Counted from the stretch's first letter, positions 1 through 9,327 are shown. The stretch: DNA of 64,000 nucleotides from Clostridia bacterium (GCA_045661145.1 JAZRFC010000087.1:4431-68430), one strand, 5' to 3'. Numbers and translations: made by a program. The notes: generated by a model not told the origin, from the sequence alone.

Positions 1-939
1 AGCGTGGATTTGTGCGGTGAAATAGTTATTGCCGAGGTTGGAATCCCCGTTCAGTATGATACTATTACAGAAAGCACCTGTGTTCCCATTACTAAAAAAC
101 TAATAAGAACAATGATGCCTGCAAGAAGTCGTTATTCCCACAAAGGAAATTTCGGTACAGCCGTAATAGTGGCAGGAAGCAGGACTATGTCAGGTGCAGC
201 GGCAATGGCGGCAATGGCAGCTATGCGAAGCGGTTGCGGTCTTGTAAAGGTTATCGCACCGTCACCAATATGCTCTGTGCTGAATATATTGATAAAGGAA
301 GCTATTGTAATTCCCGTGCCCGAGCAAAACGGAGTAATGCTTCCGGAGCTTTCACACGAAGCACTTTCAGCAATAAGGACTGCAGACAGCGTTCTGGTAG
401 GTTGCGGATTGGGAAAAGGCAGGCACGACCTCCTTATCACAAATATCCTCAATACGGCATCCTGTCCCGTGGTGATTGACGCTGACGGTATCAATGCCCT
501 TTCAGGGAAAATGGATATTATACAGAACAAGGATGTTCTTTTAACTCCCCATGTAAAGGAATTTTCCCGTATAAGCGGAATGGAAATTTCTGAAATAGAA
601 AAAAGAAGAATACATAATGCCGACAAATTTGCCCGTGCAAACGGAATTCATCTCCTGCTCAAAGGAGCGAGGACTGTGATTACATACGGCGGCAGTAACA
701 AATATGTCTGCCCTCTTGCCACGAGTGCCCTTTCAAAGGCAGGAAGCGGCGATGTGCTGGCAGGAATAATTGCAGCACTTTGTGCTCAGGGGCTTTCCCT
801 TACAGACAGTGCGGCGGCAGGCTGCTTCATACACGCATACGCAGGTATGCTGGGTGAAAAGGAGATAGGCGCATTTTCCGTAACGGCAGACGATTTGATA
901 AAGCTTATTTCACCTGCAATAAGAGAAATTCTTGCCTGA
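1..939 (+). CDS. nnr: ADP-dependent NAD(P)H-hydrate dehydratase domain (C-terminal half of bifunctional Nnr/YjeF); 5' end lies outside the window
   Basis: The reading frame is open from base 1. YjeF_C/carbohydrate-kinase-fold motifs are present: GSRTMSGAAAMAAMAAMRSGCGLV, LLLKGARTVI, KAGSGDVLAGIIAAL. Confidence 0.8.
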   Translation, partial: SVDLCGEIVIAEVGIPVQYDTITESTCVPITKKLIRTMMPARSRYSHKGNFGTAVIVAGSRTMSGAAAMAAMAAMRSGCGLVKVIAPSPICSVLNILIKEAIVIPVPEQNGVMLPELSHEALSAIRTADSVLVGCGLGKGRHDLLITNILNTASCPVVIDADGINALSGKMDIIQNKDVLLTPHVKEFSRISGMEISEIEKRRIHNADKFARANGIHLLLKGARTVITYGGSNKYVCPLATSALSKAGSGDVLAGIIAALCAQGLSLTDSAAAGCFIHAYAGMLGEKEIGAFSVTADDLIKLISPAIREILA

Positions 940-1033
940 ATTGTATCAGAAAGGAAAAAACTGTGCATAATGAAGGTGTAGATAGCACAGCCGATAGGCA
1001 CCCCGTTGCCTACATAAATGGAATAACTTACAT

Positions 1034-1062
1034 TTGACCTGCCGTAAATATTATAGTATAAT
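1034..1062 (+). promoter_or_regulatory. sigma-A type promoter upstream of mazE-like gene
   Basis: TTGACC (1034-1039), a 17-nt spacer, then TATAAT (1057-1062), about 30 nt upstream of the 1095 start. Confidence 0.5.
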
Positions 1063-1094
1063 GGTTGTAGCATTTATTATAGGGGGCATGTCAG

Positions 1095-1376
1095 ATGGAA
1101 AGTATGACTCAGCGCAAGGTATCTGTCACATTGCCTGATTTTTTGGTTGAGGAGACGGACCGACTCGCCTCGTCACTTAATCGGTCACGAAGTGAAATTG
1201 TTGCACTTGCAGTGAAAAGGTATATTGACGAAACTAAGAAAATTGAATTAAAGGAACAAATGAAAAAGGGATATCTGGAAATGGGCAGGATAAATCTTTC
1301 TCTTGCCGAAGATTCTCTGTTATCCGATGAAAGTGCATGTGAAATCTACGAGGAATTTTTATCGGAGAGTGAATAG
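1095..1376 (+). CDS. mazE: Ribbon-helix-helix (CopG/MazE-like) antitoxin
   Basis: 93 aa. The N-terminal [18 protein letters not shown]...[14 protein letters not shown] is an RHH pattern. The gene sits directly upstream (2-nt gap) of a MazF/PemK toxin gene. Confidence 0.7.
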   Translation: MESMTQRKVSVTLPDFLVEETDRLASSLNRSRSEIVALAVKRYIDETKKIELKEQMKKGYLEMGRINLSLAEDSLLSDESACEIYEEFLSESE

Positions 1377-1378
1377 TT

Positions 1379-1729
1379 TTGATAGTAAAACGCGGTGACA
1401 TTTTTTATGCTGATTTAAGTCCTGTTGTAGGTTCTGAACAAGGTGGCATCCGTCCTGTTTTGGTAGTACAAAACGATGTGGGGAATAAGTACAGTCCCAC
1501 CGTTATAGCGGCGGCGATTACAAGCAAAATCAACAAAGCGAAGCTTCCCACACACATTGAACTTGATGCACAACAATACGGGCTTTCCCGTGACAGCGTG
1601 ATTCTTCTGGAACAGGTAAGGACCATTGATAAACAGCGTCTTCGTGAAAAAATCGGCAAACTAGATGAACTGCAAATGATAAAAGTAAATGATGCCATAT
1701 CAGTAAGCTTCGGGCTTATAGGCAATTGA
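1379..1729 (+). CDS. mazF: Type II toxin MazF/EndoA (PemK family mRNA interferase)
   Basis: 116 aa, near-canonical EndoA/MazF sequence: [46 protein letters not shown]...[16 protein letters not shown] start. Confidence 0.9.
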   Translation: MIVKRGDIFYADLSPVVGSEQGGIRPVLVVQNDVGNKYSPTVIAAAITSKINKAKLPTHIELDAQQYGLSRDSVILLEQVRTIDKQRLREKIGKLDELQMIKVNDAISVSFGLIGN

Positions 1730-1742
1730 AAGGATGTTACAA

Positions 1743-2141
1743 ATGAAAAAGAGAGTGATTTTGTTTTTTGCCGTTACTTGTTTGCTTTTTGCGGCAGTAG
1801 TTTATGCGGCACAGCCGGGAACGCAGGAAGACCCACTCGTTACAAAGAGCTATGTTGAGAGTGTTTTGTATCCCGAAATCAAGTTCAAGGTAGTTGAGGT
1901 GCCTGCAGGAAAGAGTGTAATCTGCTCTGCCGGTACAGAAATGATTCTCAGAATGGGTACCTGCAGTATCATCGGCACGCAAAAAGGTGGTGTCAGCGAT
2001 GTTACAATGGGTTATGACCTTGCAAACGGAACTGCCGTACAAGGAAATCATCTTCTTATCGTACCCCTTGATGACGGAAGAGGTGTTAAAACCTCAACCG
2101 ATTGCCTGATAATGATAAAAGGCAGCTATACAATACAGTAA
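1743..2141 (+). CDS. Secreted hypothetical protein (signal peptide)
   Basis: N-terminal MKKRVILFFAVTCLLFAAVVYA signal-like segment. AAAGGA sits about 9 nt upstream of ATG 1743. No recognisable domain. Confidence 0.5.
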   Translation: MKKRVILFFAVTCLLFAAVVYAAQPGTQEDPLVTKSYVESVLYPEIKFKVVEVPAGKSVICSAGTEMILRMGTCSIIGTQKGGVSDVTMGYDLANGTAVQGNHLLIVPLDDGRGVKTSTDCLIMIKGSYTIQ

Positions 2142-2148
2142 AATGATA

Positions 2149-2184
2149 ATGACCGTGGAACGCTTCCACGGTCATTGATTTTTG
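2149..2184 (+). terminator. Rho-independent terminator
   Basis: ATGACCGTGGAA-cgc-TTCCACGGTCAT 12-bp stem followed by TGATTTTT. Confidence 0.7.
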
Positions 2185-2321
2185 ATAAAAAAATGGACAA
2201 ACAGCTAAAATGTAACAAAATCAGAGAAAATAACAACCCCAACATATTGGGTTTTGAGAAAAATTCAAACACAAAAAATTAAAAAAATGTTACAAAGTTA
2301 TAACAAAAATGGCAAAAAAGC

Positions 2322-2350
2322 TTGACAAACACCTTTTTGTTGTTTATAAT
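2322..2350 (+). promoter_or_regulatory. Consensus sigma-A promoter (lies inside the 2309 ORF-track call)
   Basis: TTGACA (2322-2327), a 17-nt spacer, then TATAAT (2345-2350). This implies the real start of the downstream gene is ATG 2405. Confidence 0.55.
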
Positions 2351-2404
2351 GAGCAAGGCAAACGGAAAGGGGTTATTTCCCCCGCCGAAAAGGATGTGAT
2401 TTTA

Positions 2405-3214
2405 ATGTTTGCAACAAAAAAGGTTAAGGCAAGAATAGCTTTTATCAGTGCGATGGTTTTAATATTTACAAGTAATTTTTCCGCATTGGCAGCACCCTTT
2501 ACTTACAACAGTATTGATGCTGTAAGAGCGAAGGCTCTCGGAGAATATCTTTCCTCCGATTCTATAATTGTAGCAAATGCAAAAGTTCTTTCTCCTGAAA
2601 TGAATGATAAAAATTCCAATCTGAACAGAAAAGTTGCCTACAAGGACGAAACAGTAACAGAGGAATTTAATTTCAGCATTGTTAAAAGACTCAACCCCAT
2701 GCTCGAAGCGGGTACAATTAATACCGTGCAGGAGGGTACAAACGGTGAGAAGAATGTTACCTACAAGGTAAAGTATGAAAAAGGCGTTGAGGTTTCCCGT
2801 GAAGCTATTTCCGAGGAAATCGTTAAACAGCCCGTTGATAAGATTGTGGAATACGGAAACAAGAATGCATCCAAGGATGCTCCCGTAAACAAAGGTATGC
2901 TTGACTATAAGTATGTAATTACTTGTGAAGCTACGGCATATGACCTCTCTGCTGAGGAAAACGGCGGATATGCAGGTCAGACTGCAACAGGCGTTCCTCT
3001 TGATAAGGGTGTTATTGCAGTAGACCCCAGAGTTATTCCTCTCGGTTCAAGAGTGTATATTGAAGCACTTGACGGAAGCTGGAGCTACGGTTACGCAGTT
3101 GCGGCAGATACAGGCGGAGCAATCAAGGGTAAGAGAGTTGATCTTTGTTACAGAACAAGATACGAATGTACCCAGTTCGGTAGAAGACCTTGCCGTGTAT
3201 ACGTATTAAACTAA
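2405..3214 (+). CDS. G5 + 3D domain cell-wall protein (YabE-like, RlpA-type double-psi beta-barrel)
   Basis: G5-like segment TINTVQEGTNGEKNVTYKVKYEKGVEVSREAISEEIVKQPVDKIVEYG. C-terminal 3D domain ATAYDLS...GQTATGVPLDKGVIAVDPRVIPLGSRVYIE...YAVAADTGGAIKGKRVDL. N-terminal signal/anchor after Met at 2405. Confidence 0.75.
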   Translation: MFATKKVKARIAFISAMVLIFTSNFSALAAPFTYNSIDAVRAKALGEYLSSDSIIVANAKVLSPEMNDKNSNLNRKVAYKDETVTEEFNFSIVKRLNPMLEAGTINTVQEGTNGEKNVTYKVKYEKGVEVSREAISEEIVKQPVDKIVEYGNKNASKDAPVNKGMLDYKYVITCEATAYDLSAEENGGYAGQTATGVPLDKGVIAVDPRVIPLGSRVYIEALDGSWSYGYAVAADTGGAIKGKRVDLCYRTRYECTQFGRRPCRVYVLN

Positions 3215-3488
3215 AGCCAAAAGCGAATAATCCAAACCACGATTTTAAAAGGCGGATTTTCGCTTTCGCTGTGTTAAAATACTCGGAAATACACAAAGTA
3301 TTTCCTCCGTTTTTGCCTTGCGTAACCAAAAATCCGCACTTTTAAAATTCTGCGACCTGAAACAGATGGAATTTTGTGTAGATTTTGGTGCGGAAGATGT
3401 AGCAAGGCTGGCGCCTTGCAAAGATGACAAGCCGAAATATACCGAAATAACGCTGTTTCAGGCGGGTTCGGATTATTTGTTTTTGGCT
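3215..3488. repeat. MITE-like element with 24-nt terminal inverted repeats and nested internal palindromes
   Basis: AGCCAAAAGCGAATAATCCAAACC (3215-3238) matches the reverse complement of GGTTCGGATTATTTGTTTTTGGCT (3465-3488). Internal inverted repeats ATTTTAAAAGGCGGATTTT / AAAATCCGCACTTTTAAAAT flank a central GGAAATAC-acaaa-GTATTTCC hairpin. Confidence 0.55.
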
Positions 3489-3570
3489 AAGCAAAGTGAT
3501 TGCGACGAGGTCGTTGCAGTCATTTTCGGAAAAATCCCTTCATACATTTAAGTGTGGAGGGATTTTTATT

Positions 3571-5112
3571 ATGGAAAGTGCATCAAAGTTATTGAAAAAC
3601 ACGCTGATTCTTGCCGCAAGTACAATTATTTTAAGATTTTTTACGCTATTTTTCCAATCATATCTGGCATCATCAATAGGTGCGGAGAAGTTGGGTATAT
3701 TCGGCATAATTTCATCGGTAGGAGTTGTCTTTGCCACAGTTTCCATATCAGGAATCCGCTTCAGTGTAACAAGGCTTGTAGCGGAGGAGGAAAGTCAGGG
3801 CAACCCCCATCCGCATTCGCTTATGCGTTGTGCTTTTCTCTACGCCTCATTTTTCGGAACGGTATCCGGACTCACAATGTTTTTCGGTGCCGACCTGCTA
3901 TCTCATTATTGGGTAATGGATTCCTCCGTATCAACTGCTCTCAGAATAATGGCAATCTCAATGCCTCTTATCGCATTTGGAAGTGTGGCAGAGGGCTTTT
4001 TTGCGGCAAAACAGAAAGTTTTCCGCCTTGTGATGGTGGAGCTTGGGGCTCAGGTTTTAAGAATCCTTTTTGTTATGCTTTCCTTTTCAAAAAATACACC
4101 CTTTAGTGTGACAGATATTCTTTCTATGGGCATGCTTATAGGAGAGGGAAGTCTTGCCGTAGGTATGCTTTTGTTGTATTTTGCAGAAACAATAAACAAA
4201 AAAGAAAATTCTCCCACAGACAAAAATCTCAGGAGACTGGGTAAAACTGCCCTGCCCCTTGCAGTCAGTGCCTATATGCGGACAGGACTATCCTCCCTTG
4301 GACAGATAATAATTCCCCACGGACTTAAAAAAAGCGGTATGAAAAGTTCTGCGGCATTTTCTACTTATGGTGTAATTACACAGATGGCTTTCCCCGTAGT
4401 GATGTTTCCCGCAGCACTTCTCGGTGCATTGGGAGAAATACTTGTGCCCCGACTTACCCAAGCTCAGGTGCAGGGCAAAAAGCTGGGTGTAAGTTACATA
4501 GTAAACCGTGCATTAAGGATAGGTGTTGTTTTCAGCTTTGGAGTAGCAGGTGTGATGTATTTTTATTCAGGGCTTTTAGGAAAAGAGGTATATAATAATG
4601 AAGAAGCAGGCTTTTATATAAAAATATTTGCCCTCATTGTTCCCGTTATATATATTGACTGTGTAACAGACGGCTGTCTTAAAGGCCTTGGTCAGCAGGT
4701 TTATTCAATGATATACAATGTGCTTGAGGGAATTATGAATGTAGTACTCCTTTTCATATTACTTCCACGTGTGGCAATAATAGGTTATATAGTAGTTATG
4801 TATATAAAGGAAATTTTCAACGCATACCTGAGCATAAAAAGACTTTCTAAGGTAACAAGCATTGATTTTAAATCTATGGGAATTTTCACAACTCTGATAT
4901 GCTCGGCAGGAGCAGGAATATTCTGCAATATAGCCTTTCCAATGGCAACGGTGTTTGTAAAAATCACCGTATACCTCAGCTTTTATGTTTCTCTTTTGTA
5001 TGTAGGAAGTGGGGTTTCCCGTGATGATATCAGGTGGATACTTCATCTTTGCAAGGAAAATAACGCAAAAAAACCCGTTCTCGGTGTTGACAAAACAGCC
5101 CTCGGGCGGTAA
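3571..5112 (+). CDS. spoVB: MOP-superfamily polysaccharide/lipid II flippase, SpoVB-like
   Basis: Polytopic membrane protein. The N-terminal KNTLILAASTIILRFFTLFFQSYLASSIGAEKLGIFG is typical of SpoVB/MurJ-like flippases. GTGGAGGG Shine-Dalgarno precedes ATG 3571. Confidence 0.65.
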   Translation: MESASKLLKNTLILAASTIILRFFTLFFQSYLASSIGAEKLGIFGIISSVGVVFATVSISGIRFSVTRLVAEEESQGNPHPHSLMRCAFLYASFFGTVSGLTMFFGADLLSHYWVMDSSVSTALRIMAISMPLIAFGSVAEGFFAAKQKVFRLVMVELGAQVLRILFVMLSFSKNTPFSVTDILSMGMLIGEGSLAVGMLLLYFAETINKKENSPTDKNLRRLGKTALPLAVSAYMRTGLSSLGQIIIPHGLKKSGMKSSAAFSTYGVITQMAFPVVMFPAALLGALGEILVPRLTQAQVQGKKLGVSYIVNRALRIGVVFSFGVAGVMYFYSGLLGKEVYNNEEAGFYIKIFALIVPVIYIDCVTDGCLKGLGQQVYSMIYNVLEGIMNVVLLFILLPRVAIIGYIVVMYIKEIFNAYLSIKRLSKVTSIDFKSMGIFTTLICSAGAGIFCNIAFPMATVFVKITVYLSFYVSLLYVGSGVSRDDIRWILHLCKENNAKKPVLGVDKTALGR

Positions 5113-5149
5113 AATAGAAAAATAGACTGCGCAGAAAAGAGGCGTTAAA

Positions 5150-6157
5150 ATGGAAGGTTTAATATTGCCAAAAGAATATACAGCCAAGCTTACTCTCCGT
5201 GAAACACAGAGAGCAATCAAAATTGTTAAGGATAATTTTCAGAAGAAGCTTGCCCGTGAACTTAATCTTGACAGAGTAACCGCCCCCGTTCTTGTAAGAA
5301 AGGACAGCGGTATAAATGACGACCTCAACGGCGTTGAACGCAAGGTTGAATTTGACACAAAGGAATGTGACGGTATTGTTGAAATCGTACAATCCCTTGC
5401 AAAGTGGAAGCGTATGGCTCTCTACCGCTACGGTTATCAGCCGGGCGAGGGTATCTACACCGATATGAATGCAGTACGTCGTGATGATAAGGTTGACAAT
5501 GTTCATTCTCTTTTTGTTGATCAGTGGGATTGGGAAAGAGTGATAAATAGGGAAGACCGTACTCTTGATTTCCTCAAGGATTGTGTAACAAGAATTGTAC
5601 GCGCGGCGGCAGATACACAGGACATCCTCTGTGAAGAATTCCCCATTCTCACAAAAACAATTGAGAGAGATGTTCATTTTATAACAACTCAGGAGCTGGA
5701 GGATATGTACCCCGGCTATAATGATAAAGAGCGTGAAGACGCTATTACAAGAAAGTACAAGACAGTATTCATTATGCAGATTGGTAAAGCTCTTAAGAGT
5801 GGCAAGCCCCACGACGGCAGAGCGCCCGACTACGACGATTGGTCGCTTAACGGTGACATTCTTGTATGGAACGATGTTCTTAACCGCAGTCTTGAAATTT
5901 CTTCAATGGGTATCCGTGTTGATAAGGAAACCCTTAAAGCACAGCTTACCGAGAGAAGTGCTCTTGACAGAATGCAGTTTGACTATCACAAAATGATTGA
6001 CAGTGAAACCTTGCCTCTTACAATCGGTGGCGGCATTGGACAGTCAAGACTTTGTATGCAGATGCTTGGTCGTGCACACATAGGCGAAGTTCAGGTTTCT
6101 GTATGGCCCGGCAAAATGCGTGAAATCTGCGGCGAAAACGGAATATTCTTACTTTGA
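5150..6157 (+). CDS. asnA: Aspartate--ammonia ligase (asparagine synthetase A)
   Basis: 335 aa. AsnA-type sequence: LTLRETQRAIKIVKDNFQ...VTAPVLV...DNVHSLFVDQWDWE...GGGIGQSRLCM. Confidence 0.85.
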   Translation: MEGLILPKEYTAKLTLRETQRAIKIVKDNFQKKLARELNLDRVTAPVLVRKDSGINDDLNGVERKVEFDTKECDGIVEIVQSLAKWKRMALYRYGYQPGEGIYTDMNAVRRDDKVDNVHSLFVDQWDWERVINREDRTLDFLKDCVTRIVRAAADTQDILCEEFPILTKTIERDVHFITTQELEDMYPGYNDKEREDAITRKYKTVFIMQIGKALKSGKPHDGRAPDYDDWSLNGDILVWNDVLNRSLEISSMGIRVDKETLKAQLTERSALDRMQFDYHKMIDSETLPLTIGGGIGQSRLCMQMLGRAHIGEVQVSVWPGKMREICGENGIFLL

Positions 6158-6164
6158 TAACGAA

Positions 6165-6200
6165 AAACAGAAATTCTCAAATAAGAATTTCTGTTTTTTT
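6165..6200 (+). terminator. Rho-independent terminator after asnA
   Basis: AAACAGAAATTC...GAATTTCTGTTT stem followed by TTTTT. Confidence 0.7.
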
Positions 6201-6447
6201 ATACATCATCTTGACAAAATCAACAAAAAAATAGAAAAAAATATCATTCCTTTGTGCAAAATGCCGAAAGAAAAAATAAATTATTGTATATTATACAGAT
6301 ATATAAATAACACATTTTATAGTAAAATTAATATACGGAGGTACTCTTCGTATATTATACAAAAACGGAGCAGATTCTCAATCTTAAAGATGGGAAGAAG
6401 CGGAAACAACCCCCGCTTCATGTCTTCGTGGAAAGGCGGTTTAGGCA

Positions 6448-8487
6448 ATGAATGTATTTAGTGGAGAAAACATCAGAAACGTAGTAGTATTAGGACACGG
6501 CGGAGCAGGAAAGACATCGCTTGTTGAAGCGATATTACATAAAGCCGGTGCATCTGACAGATTCGGAAAAATTGCAGACGGTACAACTGTAAGTGACTAT
6601 GATCCTGAAGAAACCAAGAGAAAGATTTCTGTTAACCTTTCTATGGCTCCTTGTGTATGGCATACTCCCAAAATACCGGATTCAAAGCTTAACCTTATTG
6701 ACACTCCCGGATATTTTGATTTTGCGGGAGAGGCTATGGGCGGTATTCGTGCAGCGGAGAGTGCGCTTATCGTTATAAATGCGAAAAGCGGTGTTAAGGT
6801 TGGTACTGAAAAGGCTTGGAAATATGCAACAGACCGCGGTATGGCAAGAATGATGTTCATCAATTGTATGGATGATGAAAATGCAGACTTTGACAAGGTT
6901 GTTTCAGAGATTCACGACAAGTTCGGCGCAAGTGCCGCAGTTTTCAGAATTCCGATTAAGGAAGGCAAGGAAATGAAGGGCTATGTCAACGTAGTAAGCG
7001 GTAAGGCATACTCAGTTGTAAGCGACGTTGAAACAGAAATTCCGATTCCCGACAATATGAAGGAATCCTACGATAAATATCACGATGCGCTTGTTGAGGC
7101 GGTTGCTCTTACAAGTGATGAGCTTCTTGAAAGATATTTTGCAGGCGACGTTATCACAGACGAAGAGATGAGAGCCGTTCTTAAGGGCAGCGTAAAACAG
7201 GGTCAGGTAGTTCCTGTTTACGGTGGTTTCTGTATTGACAAGACTTTCGCAGTTCGTTCTCTTATGGACGCAATGCTTAAGTATCTTCCCTCTCCCGTAG
7301 AGGCAGAAACAACCCCCGCTTGCAATGCAACGGCACCGCTTAGTGCTGTTGTGTTCAAGACACTGGCAGATTCCTACGGAAAGATTTCTCTTATCCGTGT
7401 AATGAGCGGTACATTAAAGGCTGACTCTACTGTACATAATGTCAGCAAAGACGCAAGTGAGAGAATAGGTAAACTCTATGTTATCCGTGGTAAGAAGCAG
7501 ATAGAAGTTCCCGAGCTTAAAGCCGGTGACATCGGTGCGGCAACAAAGCTGGCTATTACATTGACAGGCGATACCCTTGGAAAGCAGGGCGGAGAAGCAC
7601 TTGAGGGTATAGAATTCCCTGCTCCCGTTATTAAGATGGCAGTAATTCCTCAGGCAAAGGGCGATGAGGAAAAGATAGGCGCAGGTCTTCATAAACTTCG
7701 TGAGGAAGACCCTACCTTCTCTGTTATAAATAATAAAGAAACCAAGGAAATGCTCATTGCAGGTACAGGCGAGCTTCACCTTGATGTTATTACAAGCAAG
7801 CTCAAGACAAAATTCGGCGTGGCAGTAACTCTCCAGGCTCCCAAGATTGCATACCGTGAAACTATTCGCAAGAGTGTTAAGGTTCAGGGTAGACACAAGA
7901 AGCAGTCCGGCGGACACGGTCAGTTTGGTGATGTGTGGATTGAATTCAGCCATCACGACGGTAACGAGCTTATTTTCGAAGAAAAGATTGTGGGCGGTGC
8001 AGTTCCCAAAAACTACTTCCCCGCAGTTGAAAAGGGTCTTCAGGAATCCATCCTTAAGGGTGTTCTTGCAGGTTATCCTGTTGTAGGACTTAAAGCTGTC
8101 TTGGTTGACGGGTCTTATCATCCTGTTGACTCCTCCGAAATGGCGTTCAAGGTTGCTGCCGGTATCGCATACAAAGACGGCCTTACTCAGGCAAGCCCCG
8201 TTCTCCTTGAACCTATCGGTCATCTTGAAGTTCATATGCCCGAGGACCTTATGGGTGATATCATCGGTGACATCAACAAGCGCCGCGGCAGAATCCTCGG
8301 TATGAATCCCATCGGTGATGGTATCGGCGAAGTTATCGCGGAAGTTCCCGAATCCGAAATGGTTAAGTATGCAACAGACCTTCGCAGTATGACCCGTGCA
8401 AGAGGCAGCTTTACATTCTCCTTTGAAAGATATGAGGAAGCTCCCGACATCATTGCACAAAAAGTAATAGAAAGTGCAAAAGCGTAA
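6448..8487 (+). CDS. Elongation factor G family GTPase (stand-alone paralogue, EF-G2-like)
   Basis: 679 aa. G1 motif GHGGAGKTS, DTPGYFDF (G3), and EF-G domains II-V (e.g. HKKQSGGHGQFGDV). Not flanked by rpsL/rpsG/tuf. Confidence 0.8.
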   Translation: MNVFSGENIRNVVVLGHGGAGKTSLVEAILHKAGASDRFGKIADGTTVSDYDPEETKRKISVNLSMAPCVWHTPKIPDSKLNLIDTPGYFDFAGEAMGGIRAAESALIVINAKSGVKVGTEKAWKYATDRGMARMMFINCMDDENADFDKVVSEIHDKFGASAAVFRIPIKEGKEMKGYVNVVSGKAYSVVSDVETEIPIPDNMKESYDKYHDALVEAVALTSDELLERYFAGDVITDEEMRAVLKGSVKQGQVVPVYGGFCIDKTFAVRSLMDAMLKYLPSPVEAETTPACNATAPLSAVVFKTLADSYGKISLIRVMSGTLKADSTVHNVSKDASERIGKLYVIRGKKQIEVPELKAGDIGAATKLAITLTGDTLGKQGGEALEGIEFPAPVIKMAVIPQAKGDEEKIGAGLHKLREEDPTFSVINNKETKEMLIAGTGELHLDVITSKLKTKFGVAVTLQAPKIAYRETIRKSVKVQGRHKKQSGGHGQFGDVWIEFSHHDGNELIFEEKIVGGAVPKNYFPAVEKGLQESILKGVLAGYPVVGLKAVLVDGSYHPVDSSEMAFKVAAGIAYKDGLTQASPVLLEPIGHLEVHMPEDLMGDIIGDINKRRGRILGMNPIGDGIGEVIAEVPESEMVKYATDLRSMTRARGSFTFSFERYEEAPDIIAQKVIESAKA

Positions 8488-8494
8488 ATAAGGG

Positions 8495-8524
8495 GCGGTG
8501 CTGAGCTTTCAGCACCGCTTTTTG
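8495..8524 (+). terminator. Rho-independent terminator
   Basis: GCGGTGCTGA-gctt-TCAGCACCGC followed by TTTTT. Confidence 0.8.
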
Positions 8525-8574
8525 CATAAAGAGGAAAAAAGTACATATAATTATTTCAAGAAGGAGTGAATTTT

Positions 8575-9102
8575 ATGAGAAAATTAATTGTATTTATTGC
8601 AGTATTGACACTGCTTCTTACAGCCTGCGGCTCGGGTGAGACAAAAATTTCAGCCGACAGGGCAAAAGAGATTGCATTAAATCATGCAGGTGTTTTGAAA
8701 GAGGATGTAACTTTCCTGAAAGCTGAAAGGGACAGTGAAAACGAAAAAGCAGTTTACGAAGTAGAGTTCTACTCCAAGTATAAAAAGGAGTACGACTACG
8801 AGATTGATGCAAATACAGGAGAGATTCTCTCATATGATTCTGATGCAGAAAGTGCCACCCCTGCACAAAACGATGGAGAACAATCCGCAGCAGCCGAAAT
8901 AACAGAGATAACCGAGGATAAGGCAAAGGAACTTGCTCTTGCAAAAGTTCCCGGTGCAATAGCGGAAAACATCCGTGAGTTTAAGAAAGAGTTTGACGAC
9001 GGCAGGGAAGAATACGACGGAAAAATTGTATATAACAATACGGAATACGAATTTGAAATTGATGCCAGAACAGGCGAAATTATAAAGTGGGAAACAGATT
9101 AA
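8575..9102 (+). CDS. Lipoprotein with two PepSY domains
   Basis: Lipobox LLLTAC. Two repeats of the PepSY-like pattern (AKEIALNHAGV...YEVEF...YDYEIDANTGEIL and AKELALAKVPG...YEFEIDARTGEII). AAGGAG sits 8 nt upstream of ATG 8575. Confidence 0.75.
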   Translation: MRKLIVFIAVLTLLLTACGSGETKISADRAKEIALNHAGVLKEDVTFLKAERDSENEKAVYEVEFYSKYKKEYDYEIDANTGEILSYDSDAESATPAQNDGEQSAAAEITEITEDKAKELALAKVPGAIAENIREFKKEFDDGREEYDGKIVYNNTEYEFEIDARTGEIIKWETD

Positions 9103-9103
9103 A

Positions 9104-9141
9104 AGAAGCGGCAAACAAAGTTGTGTTTGCCGCTTCTTTTG
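9104..9141 (+). terminator. Rho-independent terminator
   Basis: AGAAGCGGCAAACA...TGTTTGCCGCTTCT followed by TTTT. Confidence 0.8.
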
Positions 9142-9212
9142 TGTCAAAAAGTAAACTGCTGTCGAAACGATAAAAAAATACTGATTTTACGCTGAATTTC
9201 ACGCAAAAATGC

Positions 9213-9240
9213 TTGCAATTACGCTAAATAGTGGTATAAT
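9213..9240 (+). promoter_or_regulatory. sigma-A promoter with extended -10, upstream of pgk
   Basis: TTGCAA (9213-9218), a 16-nt spacer, then TGgTATAAT (-10 hexamer at 9235-9240). Confidence 0.5.
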
Positions 9241-9327
9241 AAATAAGATGATAGTGCTGAAAGTAGGCTCTGTCGTAAAATCTGTGTAGAAAAATTTTAT
9301 GATATATTTTTATGAGGTGATTAAACT

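Noticed and set aside
3245-3551. ORFs of 61-77 aa (3245-3430 minus, 3318-3551 plus, 3123-3329 minus) between the 3D-domain gene and the spoVB-like gene.
   Set aside because: They fall within the nested inverted-repeat (MITE-like) element. The reading frames are by-products of the palindromic sequence.
6120-6461. 113-aa ORF spanning the asnA / EF-G intergenic region.
   Set aside because: It starts inside asnA and crosses the asnA terminator. It translates an AT-rich spacer into Lys/Asn/Ile-rich sequence. It has no SD.
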